The notes: a model not told the origin generated them from the letters alone. A DNA stretch of 63,213 bases, filler included, from Choristocarpus tenellus KU-1152 (GCA_964200185.2; 14 parts of 14 records of this genome joined end to end with filler, not necessarily neighbours in it); one strand, 5' to 3'. Positions 12,578 to 24,164 are shown, counted from the whole stretch's first letter. Program-made: numbers and translations.

Positions 12578-15351
12578 CCCTTGTTTTTGAGGAGAGGTTG
12601 AATTGCACTCTGGGAGATGGAGTAGCAACCCCAGGTGATAGTTAAGCCTCTTTGGGGGAGAGCTATCTCAAGTCCCCTATGTTTTACTCTGAGAGGTATA
12701 GATGCAATTAATGCTAACTGCCTGGCGTGGTGACCTGGTCACTCTAAATAGGTTGGGGGTGATGATGGGCCTTGCCATGCTACTGGCAGCTATGTATGCT
12801 TTGTGTGAGTCAGATATCAAGTGTTTCGGCGCATCTGTGTTCAAATACCGTCATCATCATGCACTTCTTGCATGATAATGAAAATTTATTGGCAGGGGCA
12901 TCCAAGCCCTTTTTTTGCTTTTTTAGGAGGGGAGAAAGGAGAGAGGTGCTGTTAGACGCTATAGGCTACATGTATGATTGCTGTGCCCGAAGAAAGGTTT
13001 GGCATGCATGTCTGTGAGTGTGTTTCAATAGTAGGTTGCTGTGCTATTAATATTAAGTAGTGTATTGGTGATGTAGGTTTCCTGCTCCTGAGAGTCCCCC
13101 TTCCGCTACTGATTTTGGTTCGAGAGGAATCCTGTCCCTTCAGGTTCAGTCTCCGNNNNNNNNNNTTTTCCCCCCCCCCCCCCCCCCCCCCCCCCCGACC
13201 CAGGAACATGCACTTGTCATGTGATAGGCTTTGTGAAGTATTTACAAACGTGTTAATGTAAGAGCTAATTTATTTCAAGAAAGATGACCCGATTTTGCTG
13301 AACGTGTACGTGTTTTGACTGCATGTACACTCCAGGACCATCGTGAGTCGACACCCAACTGACATGTCGCATTCTCAGTTGAAGTTTATTTTTTGTGTGT
13401 TGAACAGGTGGAGTAGGCATGGGGGTACCAAATCTTTCAATCGGGGGAGTGACATTGGCTACCATCAGGCAGCTCTTTTGTCAAGAAAGTCGAAATTGAT
13501 ACCTTTTGCCGTGTTGTTCATTCCCATATTTCCAACAACCGTATCATGATTATGTTTTTCAACATTTTCCTGTTTTGGAGAGACTACAGTGGGTATTCAT
13601 AGAATATGGCACTGGAGAGACATACACTGGGCGTGTTCAACAATACTTCCACCAATTTTGGTAAGAGATTTGTCCCGCGTTTTCTATGTCTGGTTCTGAA
13701 GCTAAGGTTGTGGTTTGTTGAAAACAAAGTAGAACTTTGTTTTTCGCCGTGGGAGGCGAAAGCATCAACTTAATGCTTTACCTCACCCGTTTTTATTTCA
13801 TCATGCCAGGGCACACCACTCCTCCTCATTGTCTAACGCCTGCCTACCACCATACATAGCCTCCCCCCCCCCCCCCCCCCCCACACCCCNNNNNNNNNNN
13901 NNNNNNNNNNNNNNNNNNNNNNNNNNNNNNNNNTTAATTAATTAANNNNNNNNNNNNNNNNNNNNNNNNNNNNNNNNNNNNNNNNNNNNGCCTCAAGTTT
14001 GTTTCTCGGGGCAGGGGGGCCTGTAGGGTGACGTGGCATACTGGCCTGTGTCGCCATTGCGTACGCATTTGTATCAAGACAAAATAATGTGTTCACGGAT
14101 AGATGTGCGCAACACCGAATTCTGGGCTGATGGTGAATGAGATGTTGACATCGATAGAATGCTTGCCCCAAGGTAAAAAAACGGGTGTCATCTTTGGTGG
14201 GGAGTGTGGACACCTCCACAATTGTGCAGACAGTATGTTTTCCTGAAGAGATGGACCTTGTGCTCCTTACAGTGCTTGTGCCCTTATGGTGAAGGGTGGG
14301 AACCTCTCCTCAACGGTTCACGTAATGTGCCCGCCCAGAGAGACAAACCATGCAGTCCTCATTATTGTGGTGAGGCATCAGATGAGGCTGCGTTGACTCA
14401 CCTGCCTGGCAGTCAGCTGCTTGTGTAGCTACCTCCCTACAGTGAACTGCAACATAGCCTCAGGTAGTGTGCCACCTGATATTGGACTGGAGGAGAGTGG
14501 GGGTCCTGGGGAGGAGGAAGAGATTGAAGTTTTCATTCAAAGTGCCATGAAGGACACAACAGTGCACAACTTGAGTATGTTGGTAAGATATCAATGTGGT
14601 GCTCTATAGGCTGCAGTGGTGGAGGCAACACTCCTCTGGCCATGGAACATGTGGTGGCTGGTGGCTTCCTCCCCCCTTCCTGGCAAGTTCACGACCCATG
14701 ACCTGGCCTTCATGCCATTTCCATTGCAATTATTTTCAGGTCAATGGGGATTGAGGGACCAGAAAAGTGACAGCACATGTTATTGGGGTGAGCACTATAT
14801 TGTGTTGATTGACTTTGCAAGGAGGATGTGACTGGGGTCGTTAAGGCTAGGGTCAGAGGGAATTTAATTCAGAACATTTAAATTATTTTTGGCCTTACTG
14901 TCTGTATTCAAAACTTACGTCATTCCAATTTTTATTTCAAAGCTCCACTAGCTAGATGCTGCAGTGATCTAGTAGCTCTAGGAGAGGTAGGGGTTGCTTG
15001 AATCTAGGTAGGGAAGGAGCCTTTCTGAAATGGTGAAGATGAAGGGGTCACGGATCAATAAAGTCATGTTCTGGTTCAGGCATCTCAATGTTCCCAACTT
15101 TTTTTTTACTAGAGATAGGTAGGTCTCAATGATGGTGTGTTTTTGTGAATGACAGCAATTACAACTGTCTGCAACTTTTTCTTCTACTGACTGACTTCCA
15201 TAATGATTCTATTTGGACTATGAGCTCCTTTCCCACCGCAACTTGAGTGGGTTGTAACCTCCACTGTCCATACCAATTGTTAGGAGCCCTCCTCCTGCTC
15301 CTTGAAAGGCACCAACCTCTACATGTACTGCTTTCTCTATGTGCTCCCTAT

Positions 15352-15386
<35 letters not shown>

Positions 15387-16049
15387 GCAATATCCCACCA
15401 CCACCAGCTGAACTCCCCACACACATTACTGGGGAAGATGTTATGGGCTGCTCCCACTCATGGCAGACAGTATTTGGACATAGGTTTGGTTCCACGACTT
15501 GACTATTCTCTGCCTCTTGTGCTCTGTGCTCCTCCACAATGCCTAGATCTTCCAACTCGACCTGCCTGCAAACGTCTTCATCAAGCACATTTTCTGGGAT
15601 CCCGTAAGCCCTCTTGTTGTAGGGTCCAGACCAGTAGCCAGGACCTGCTTCGACTTGAATCCATTGGGCTAGCTCTTCTCGCGCTCAGAATACTGAGCAG
15701 CATTATTCCCTGTAACAAAGCGTTTCACCAAATTAGAATACACAGCAGTTGCTTGTTCACTGGCATATAGCACTTTTTCTTCCACCTGTTTGGTGATGCC
15801 TTTGAAGGTGCTGCAGGCTTGCTACTTTCTCCAGCTCCACTGATATGTCACACTTCCTCTGTTTGGAATTAAATGTAACATAACTTTTGGAGCCCTGATG
15901 AAGGAGCAAGATATTTTTCACATGTTCATATTTTATGACAAAGTTGTACATCAAAACCTCAAGCAAAATGGGGCAGCCTACACATATCTATGATTCCGCT
16001 CCTGAAGCCCTCAAAACCTCCATTCCAACACAGCATTTCACCACATACA

Positions 16050-17200
16050 CCGGGGCATTGGGGGGGAGCTTGCCTGCCTTCTCAGCCTTTTCCTTGCTAA
16101 GATGGAGAATTTTGAAGATGTTAACACCCTTGGACCCCAGCACCTCACATTTAATTCCAAAAGAGGCTCTGCCAGGCACGCTCTAGTTTCTCCTGGGGAT
16201 AAACATTGAATGCCTCCATTGTGGCCTCCACCATCTCCTCAGTGTTAGTCACCACCAAATCTTCCTTGAGTTGTGGGATGGAATGAAGAAAGAATCCCAG
16301 GTCGTTGATGTTGAGGTTAGGTGTGTTGACTGACTGGGTCTCTATGACAGTGTCGTCTCCTGACACCTCCTCGATTATCTCCATGTTTCCCTCCTTGTTG
16401 TGTGACTTTGCCCCATCCTCCTGCATGAAGATGGTATGTCCTTCCAGTGTAGGCGTCCAGGCCTTGCTTGCTTGGAGGACGTCTTCAATCATGAGCTTCT
16501 TCTACCTCTCCCCGGCCGCCACGGCTGTACAAGCACCTTGGTGCCTTTGGGGATGTGTTTGCTGGAGTACTGAGCGACCTTAGTGTGTATGATTGGCCAG
16601 ATCCCGATTTTCCCATCGGACCACACCCTGTTGCAGAGGTTCCTAGGGCAGGCCACAGCAGACATCACCTTCATAATGTAACACTTCTTCTGTGCCCGTG
16701 GGGGTTTGGGGGGGTCCTCAGTGGGGTGGAGGTACACACCTTACCCTTTTTTGAGGATGTAGAACCACTTCTCGTCCACATGCACCCAGTCATGTAGATG
16801 GTCCACTAATACTCCACTTTCCCCCCTCCTATGTGGCTGACGACGAAACCCACCCTGTTGGCTTTCTGTTGGTCTAAGAGGACTGGCTTTAATCACTGCT
16901 TGACCTCTTGCACCTTCTCGTGCTTGCACAGATCCCACAACGAGGAAAGGGAGACCCCAGCTTTGGCCACCCATTTGTGGAAGGATGTGTGGTGTGCCAA
17001 TGGGACATCCCAAACGTTGAGGATACTTGTACGGTGGCCACATCATCCCTTGCAGCGATGTACAAGGCCCTTGCATTCACCCCATGCAATCTGGCTGTCA
17101 CACTCCTTCAGATGACAGAACACAGTGATTTGGAAAATTATGAAGTCTTGTGCAATGGTTGTCACCATCCCTCAAGGCATCTGAGTCTCGCACCCTCTTG
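16050..17200 (-). pseudogene. Degenerate Tc1/mariner transposase (DD37D spacing in this copy)
   Basis: Motifs DWVHVDEKWFYI, KVMSAVA, DGKIGIWP, FMQEDGAKSH, NTPNLNINDLGFF and EKLERAWQSLF across several frames with stops. Confidence 0.9.
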
Positions 17201-17716
17201 CCTCCAGGAATCATGCCACCACGCTGTTCTTTGTTGGGATGTTTGGGTCCCAACCCCGTACAGACTTCTGGGTTGAAGACTTGGGACTGATGGGTGATGA
17301 CAGGATGAGTGGGCCGCTCAAACAAAGGGGGGCCTTCGTGCTGGGCATCGCAATAAACACCCGCTTTGACAGTTTCACGAGGTTTTTGAACCCTGTAAAA
17401 TGCGACTTGGTTGACTCTTCACTGGTGATCCTCCACAGTCATGACAGCCCACCATCTCAAATTTTGCACACCTCCCAGTGTCATGGCATCTTTTACCGCT
17501 TTCTCGTTAAAGTACTATTCCAGTTGCACACTCCAAATAGAGATCTATGCAGTAGTGGTGGGTCGTGATATGGTGGCCTTCCTCCTCCAGCAAGTGACCC
17601 AACTTAACCATAGATGNNNNNNNNNNNNNNNNNNNNNNNNNNNNNNNNNNNNNNNNNNNNTTAATTAATTAANNNNNNNNNNNNNNNNNNNNNNNNNNNN
17701 NNNNNNNNNNNNNNNN

Positions 17717-18245
17717 CATATTTTTTGTTGTTGTAAATGTTGCAGCACTTTTTAAGGGCCCCTTTTTGAATGTGAATCCATGCCGAAGGTGGTAGTAGGA
17801 CAGTGTGTGGGGGGCGGCAATGATTTCGTTTGATCGTCGTACACATGTATGTCCTGCGTTGGATTGCTTGCCTGAATAATTAGTGCGGTCAGTGGTGTCG
17901 TTTGACTGTCGATGGTGGAGGTGGTAGAAAAAAACAGTACTTCGAAGTAGTTTTTTTGGGGGCGGCATTTCATCGTCGTTATGGATGGTTGACTGACTGA
18001 GAAGAAGTGTTATTTTCCCATATTATAAATTTGTTTATCAATATTTGCTATCGTTACCAAGTAGAAGAAGAAGCTACCACTGAGTGCATATAAGTATTGA
18101 CATTACATGATGATCGACCTCTTTGTACGAATATCTCAGTCATGTCCAAGATATGGTTTGTTGCGATCTGCCCCCCCCCCCCACCCTGTCAAATACGCCG
18201 ATCTACATTTATTACCTATTTCCTCGGGCAAGTTGTTGGACTTGT
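17717..18245 (-). mobile_element. Repeat family C copy
   Basis: Reverse-complement match to 1-430. Its inner boundary ACAAGTCCAACAACTTGCCCGAG is identical to the copy at 20231. Confidence 0.8.
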
Positions 18246-18402
18246 CATGGTGTTTTCGGGCAACAGGCGGTCTTGGGCAGTGAGAAGGTCTAGGAGTGAT
18301 GAGATTCGAAGCTGGGCATATGAACTTTGTTTGAGCTCCGCGCGATCCGTCGGACCACCCTGAGATCCATGATCCTGAAAATCCGTCCATTACGGTTTTA
18401 GG
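18246..18402 (-). mobile_element. Start codon and upstream region of the Sola-like transposase gene (second copy)
   Basis: About 157 bp nearly identical to 27554-27711, including AAAACACC-ATG on the minus strand. Confidence 0.8.
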
Positions 18403-18615
18403 AAGTTGTAAATCCTATTACATCCGTACTTACAAATTGTTTAAAATACAAAGCACATACTTAATTGATCTTGTATGTTTCTAATGTTCAGTAACCAAAA
18501 CGTCAAAAAACAACTCTAACCCTCTACATATTTGAAGTACAAAATCTTACCAAATCGGACATATCGATTGTCATAAACTTTAGAGTCGATAAGAAGTGCT
18601 TCTTTGGTTAAAAGG

Positions 18616-18901
18616 GATTAGCGCTAATCACAAATACCCAAAGATCCACTTTACACTTGCGTTTGGGTATTTTTAAACAGTAAACCCAGTAATAACCGTT
18701 CTTAGGGTTTTTAAAAATACCAAGAACGCACTTTATGGGTCTCACACGTTTCCAATTTTCAGAAACTAAAAGAAGTCTTTCCAACTGGTACCCACTATTT
18801 ATTTAAATCCTAAATCCGCTTTTTGGCGTCTTTAGTATTTAAATAAACACTAGGGACCACAAAAAAGCGGATCTATGGTATTCAAGATTAGCGCTAATCT
18901 T
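18616..18901. repeat. Pair of perfect palindromes GATTAGCGCTAATC within ~37-bp inverted repeats
   Basis: Palindromes at 18616-18629 and 18886-18899 (the second extends to 18 bp, 18884-18901). 18616-18652 is an imperfect inverted copy of 18864-18899. Confidence 0.85.
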
Positions 18902-19280
18902 AATTACCGTTGAATACCCAAAACACGTGCGTTAGGGTTTTTACAAAATTAGAATGATATTCTAATATTTAAATCAACAAATACAAATACAAACCACATC
19001 CTTCATTGATCCAATACGTTTGAAAGGTACGAAACGAAAAGGTTACAAAAAACTGTTACTCTCTCTCTTTCCAATATGAAATCGTATGCTGTTCGATATT
19101 CGTATTTTTTCTAACACAATTGTCAAGGGAAAGACAAATCTGAGTTTTGAGGACCGAATGACCAGATGAAATAAAGCAGCACCTCCCTTCCCTCAGTCCT
19201 CATTTCAATTCATTCCCTTTAGTACATACCACGCGCACCTGTTATTTACCGATCCCCGTCACACCCTCCCAATCTTCGCC

Positions 19281-19990
19281 ATGTCCAGCATTCGCTCAAC
19301 AACAACCCACCCACCCGCCGATGGCGCTGCCCACGGATCGAGAACGTTGGACAGCAATCTGAAGGGCATGTCCTCGCTCCTAGAACATCACTACCTTGGC
19401 ACGTACCGGATGCAACTCGGCAACATCACATGCACGGAGATGGTGCGTCCACTGAGCGAGTGTGGTCTTGCGCGCATCAGCAAGTCTATCCACGAGAAAG
19501 GCTGGCTGGAGCAGTTTGCTTCACCTGTTGTAATCCAGCGAGACTCTTTAGGTAATGGAGTGAAAGTATCTTAGAGGGTACGAGTTTTTCCCTCTTTGTC
19601 CATTTGGGGCTTGGCTTCCCATGAGTTCTTTTATGACATTTTCCTATTTCAAAATGTTTAGGAGTAGGTAAAGTATATATGTTATGAAAAGGTGTGTTCA
19701 GAACATGGATATTGACACCTCCTAACAAACACAATAGCCAACATTACATCAAAATCTCAAAATTGGATTTTGACCCCCGAATGGACACGGCTCTACCCTC
19801 TAAGATACTTTGGCTCAATGGGGACCAGCTCACCGCCGAAACTGCGCTTGCCATTCAAGGACATACACTGGACGGAAACCATAGAATAACGGTGCTGAAG
19901 AGAGAGTTTTATCCCGAACGCGCTTTCATGATGCGGGTCTACATGGAGTTAAACCAAGCAGAAGAGAGGCTAATTGCCAACGGTGGGTGA
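19281..19990 (+). pseudogene. ParB/Sulfiredoxin-like N-terminal domain gene interrupted by a family B MITE
   Basis: Joining 19281-19557 to 19821-19990 gives a 148-aa frame: ...VRPLSECGLARISKSIHEKGWLEQFASPVVIQRDSLGNGDQ...HTLDGNHRITVLK..., which fits the ParB/Srx pattern (R..SI...G...P.V...DGxHR). A possible splice donor follows 19982. Confidence 0.72.
19558..19816 (+). mobile_element. MITE family B, 259 bp, perfect 4-bp TSD AATG
   Basis: AATG|GAGTGAAAGTATCT...AGATACTTTGGCTC|AATG. Excision restores the host reading frame. Confidence 0.93.
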
Positions 19991-20230
19991 TGGGGTGTTG
20001 TCGTTGTTCCATGATCGCCTGATGAATCTTCTGATCTACCAAGTTGTTACCGAGTTTCCTTTGTTTGGTTCATCGTCAGTCAGCCCGTTGTTGATCTTTT
20101 CGTTGTTGATCTTTTTTATCCCTCGTGGTCTTTCTGTCGACAGCAACATGTTGCTCACTACCGCCTGCCGCGTGTGTCCCGCAACCGCTTCCCACCTACC
20201 CCTTGCCCCATTCGCTCACTATGATGTGTT

Positions 20231-20408
20231 ACAAGTCCAACAACTTGCCCGAGAAATAGATAAATGCAGATTGGCGTATCTGACAGGGTGGGGAGGGGGG
20301 GGGTGGGGAGATCACAACAAACGATATCTTGGGCACAACTGAAATATTCGTACAAAGAGGTTGATCATCATATCATGTCAATACTTATATTCGCTCAGTG
20401 GTAGCTTC
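20231..20408 (+). mobile_element. Repeat family C copy (truncated)
   Basis: Matches 18075-18245 (reverse strand) and 10-83. Cut at TGTCAGAATAG. Confidence 0.8.
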
Positions 20409-21199
20409 TGTCAGAATAGTATCATCATCGTCATCCCAATAAAGTGGACCTGCACCTTCGACACAAATGGAAGCCCGAGGCTAAGGAGACATGAGATATG
20501 GTACGATCGATAACAAGCAAGAACTGGAGGTCAAGAAGATACTTTGGGTACCTGTGGTATGCCATGCAGAATATTGAGCAGTGGGACCCTGGGACAAGAT
20601 GACGGAGTTAATCAAGGTAATGCAGCCGGAGTTGCAATCCTGAGCCTGAGCCTGAGTCTGAGCCACCAGAATCTGCCTATGGACCTAGAGCAGTCGTCAC
20701 AACACTAGTCCCTGAAGGGGGCACGCACATTGATTGGAGACCCCAAGATTCTTGCTTACGGAATGAGAAAAGAAATTACTGTATACGCCACTAGGGGAGC
20801 AGGACATTAGCAGGAGCAGTAACTAAGCCTCCACCAGAAAGGAAAGGAGAAGCTAACCTTGGGGAGCCTGGGAGCACTCTAGCCGCTGGGACCATAAAAA
20901 TTATAAACTCATGGAAGAAAACACAGAAGGTCAGCGGAAGAGGCGGCCAAGGTACAACAGGTCAATATACGGACCATATTACAACAAAGATCAGGATCAA
21001 CAGAAGATGTTTAAGCTGTGGTCTGATCAAGCATATTGGTCCTTGTTCTTTTGAAGGAATATGCTACAACTGTGGAGGTAAAGGAAAACTTCAGATCGTT
21101 TGTTGCCAGAGGAGAGCGACACCGTCTTAACAGGCGGAGGAATTAGCTGGACCAGGGTTGGAGCCAGAAAAGAAAACCAGAGGAAGCTTGTCAGCAAAG
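20409..21199 (+). mobile_element. Probable LTR-retrotransposon remnant with degenerate gag zinc knuckles
   Basis: Begins with TG exactly where family C is cut. Near 21005-21105 it encodes RCLSCG..KH and GICYNCGGKGKLQIVC (degenerate CX2CX4HX4C). Confidence 0.5.
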
Positions 21200-22260
21200 N
21201 NNNNNNNNNNNNNNNNNNNNNNNNNNNNNNNNNNNNNNNNNNNTTAATTAATTAANNNNNNNNNNNNNNNNNNNNNNNNNNNNNNNNNNNNNNNNNNNNT
21301 CCCGAAGGAACCTGTCCGTCACATGATCATGAATAATCCGTTATGGTCTAATTCGACGGTTTACTATCTCGTTCCCCAAAGAATTAGTCTAGGAAATTGC
21401 TAGTGGGTGAATTTGACTTCAATTTCTTTCTAAGGTAAATATCACATTTGTTTTGTAGCCTTCAATTTGGTTAGGACGTTTGGAAGGAGAGTGGGGAGTT
21501 GGTACAAATCAATGAGATGACCTTCGCCTATGTATCCCCCCCCAAACGAGCTTTTATATGTATGAGGCATCCGCGAGTCCATGGTGTTCGCTCGGTAGTG
21601 CAAAACTAGGCTATGGCCGCAGCCTTCCGCGTCACACCTTTCTCTCTCTTTAAAAAAAAAATTACACATGGCAAACTTTAACACGATTTCGGCTCGCCAT
21701 GCAAAAAGGGTGAATTCTCTCACTGAAATATGAACCACTAAGTCGCCGTAACATCGTCTCAACGGACCTGGAAGAGCTGTCCTTTGATCTGTGGTCGCGA
21801 TGCATAAAAAGGTTGAGCCGCCACAACTGCTGCAAGAGTTCTCGTAGAGTCTGGCCTTAGGCAGGAACATCTTCAAATCACTGATTCCAAGCAAAACCTG
21901 TCAAATGAAATATCAATGTGATACACGAAAACAGATCGGCAATGTGAGCGTGCGAATGGCGAGGAAGAATTATCTAGACAACGTCTATACCATGGCGGTT
22001 GAACACCAACCATTTTATTACTATAGGTGAGTGATGTGGCGATCAGAGGCCACTCGTTTTACAGCTAGAGAGGGGAGATTCCCTCAGAGCCACACAAGCT
22101 CTCAGAGACCCATGAAGGCGACGAGTCCTGGGAGGGAATCCTGTAGACGACGAATGAAGACCACAAACCCAGGAAGGGCAAGAAACCAACCCAGGTGGAA
22201 CTAGAAAACAATCCTATGTGTTAGGGTGAACAAGGAGGTAATCCCTCCAGTTTGAAGAGA

Positions 22261-22276
22261 GGCGATAGGACCTCCA
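22261..22276 (-). promoter_or_regulatory. Primer-binding site, tRNA-Gln type
   Basis: TGGAGGTCCTATCG abuts the LTR end. It is complementary to a ...GGACCT-CCA 3' end, as in eukaryotic tRNA-Gln. Confidence 0.65.
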
Positions 22277-22727
22277 TGTTACAACAGGCGCCCCTCAATG
22301 CTGACCTTCCCAGGATGTACAAGTCAAGTCTAATTCAAAGATTATCGAATGTCAGCTCAGCAGAACAGGGGTACTCTTAAATGAATCAATCAGTATAAGA
22401 AATGTATATAAAGTTTGATATCAGATTAAGAGAGTGAGCTATATGGGTCTTTTTAGGTGAGAAGAAATGAGTCGATTTGAGCCGTCTTTAGGTACTCCAA
22501 TCATCATTTACCGTTTGGGGGTTTATTCGGGTTTACAAATACTGTAAAATATCTGAGAACCCTTCAACACCATCCATCCGTGACCCTCTGCAACTACCCA
22601 AGTTACAGTTTATACTGCAACGTTTAGGCAAATCGGAGTTCCCCCTTTTGGGATTCCCCAAGCGCGTATATACTGCTCGTGCTGGTTAAAGCGAGGGAAG
22701 AAATACTCGCGCTATTCGCCTGTAACA
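22277..22727 (-). mobile_element. 5' LTR (451 bp) of an LTR retrotransposon inserted in a mariner remnant
   Basis: The minus strand reads TGTTACA...TGTAACA (7-bp inverted termini), followed immediately by TGGAGGTCC. The same LTR start recurs at 23994 after a G tract. Confidence 0.8.
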
Positions 22728-22812
22728 TGTCTTTCTTCAGTTGCTGGATGGAATGAGCGCATCACAGGTCGTTGACATTGAGGTCACATGTGAGTTGACT
22801 GGCTGGATTTCT
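22728..22812 (-). pseudogene. Mariner transposase C-terminal fragment
   Basis: The minus strand gives DLNVNDL...HSIQQLKKD, homologous to 16260-16340. Confidence 0.7.
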
Positions 22813-22829
22813 ACGACCGTGAAAGCGCG

Positions 22830-23336
22830 AGAAGGTGAAGAGGGTCAAGTGGTGGATTAGGCCAGTCCTCTCAGACCAGAAGAGAGGCAGCAGGATGGGT
22901 TTCGTCATCAGTCACACGCACAAGAGGGGGGGGAGTGGGGTATTAGTGGAAGATCTATATGATTGGGTGCATGTGGACGAAAAGAGGTTTTTCATCCTTA
23001 AAGATAGGTAAGGTGTGTATCTGCACCCCACTAAGGACCCCCCCAACCCCCACGGGCAGAGAATAAACGTTACATTACGAAGGCAATATTCCTTGCAGCT
23101 GTGGCCCGCCCTAGGAAGCTTCCCGACAGGGTGTGGTTTGATGGGAAAATCGGGATCTGGTGAATCATGGACACTAAGGTCGCTCAGTGCTCCAGCAAAC
23201 ACCGCGCCAAGGGCACGAAGGTGCTTGTGCCAGCCACAGTGGATGGCGAGAGGTACTAGAAGCTCATGATCTAGGATGTCATTGCGGCAATCAAGGCCTG
23301 CACACCCAGGGCTGAAGGATACACATTCTTCATGAG
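22830..23336 (+). pseudogene. Mariner transposase central fragment (same family as 16050-17200)
   Basis: DWVHVDEKRFFI, YLHPTKDPP and WFDGKIGIW. DNA similarity to 16420-16910 (reverse strand). Confidence 0.85.
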
Positions 23337-24050
23337 ACAGGATTGTTTTCTTGTTCCACCTGGATTTCTTGCTTGTTCTACCTGGATTGTTTTCTAGTTC
23401 CACCTGGGTTGGTTTCTTGCCCTACCTGGGTTTGTGGTCTTCATTCGTCGTCTACGAGATTCCCCCCCTGGACTCGTCGTCTTCATAGGTCTGAGGGCTT
23501 CTGTTGACTCTGAGGAATCTCCACATCATCCACCTATAGTCGTAAACGAGGGGGTTTCAATCGCCATAGTATAGACGTTGCCTAGGTAGTTCTTCCTCGC
23601 CATTTGTACACTCGCATTCCCGATCTGTTTTTTGTGTATCACGTTATCCTTTTATTCCACAGGTTTAGTCGGAACTAGGTCCCTAGGTCGCAAGAAAAGT
23701 GGCAGAGTGGGAACGGAGTCGGAACTGGAGTCCCTAGGTTGCAAGAAAACTGGCAGAGTGGGAACAGAGAGGGAACAGAGTTGGAACTAGAGTCCCTAGG
23801 TCGCAAAAAAAAATGGCAGAGTGGGAACGGAGTCGGAATAGAGTCGGAACTGGAGCCCCTATGTTGCCATGTGGCAATTAATACATGCTGCCGCAGCACG
23901 ATTCGAAGTGATAGATGATATTTATTATTCTGACCCATCATAATCGCCTGTGGTAAGCGTGAAAGATGTATTCCTAGTTCACACTGGGGGGCATGTTACA
24001 GGCGAATAGCATGTGTGCCTTTTCGCACTCTAACCAGTGTGAAACATCTT
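23337..24050 (+). mobile_element. Deleted non-autonomous copy of the same LTR family: leader segment, minisatellite, G tract and start of 3' LTR
   Basis: About 23385-23665 is the reverse complement of ~21895-22215. GGGGGGCA precedes TGTTACAGGCGAATAGC at 23994. Confidence 0.65.
23670..23865 (+). repeat. Minisatellite, ~50-63-bp unit, ~3.5 copies
   Basis: Unit GGAACTRGAGTCCCTAGGTYGCAAGAAAA.TGGCAGAGTGGGAAC... Confidence 0.85.
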
Positions 24051-24164
24051 GCTATGGCTTACAGATTTTTATGTTGTTGCTGAACATTTTGTCTGTGTTT
24101 GTGGAGAGATTATTCTTTTGTCTTGTACTTGTTTGTGTTGATAGTTCTGAAGTAGGAGAGTTTT

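Noticed and set aside
21442-21894. 150-aa ORF downstream of the LTR leader as gag
   Set aside because: No recognisable gag or other motif.
23670-23865. CRISPR-like regularly spaced repeats
   Set aside because: There are no unique spacers and no cas genes; it is a tandem minisatellite in a eukaryotic context.
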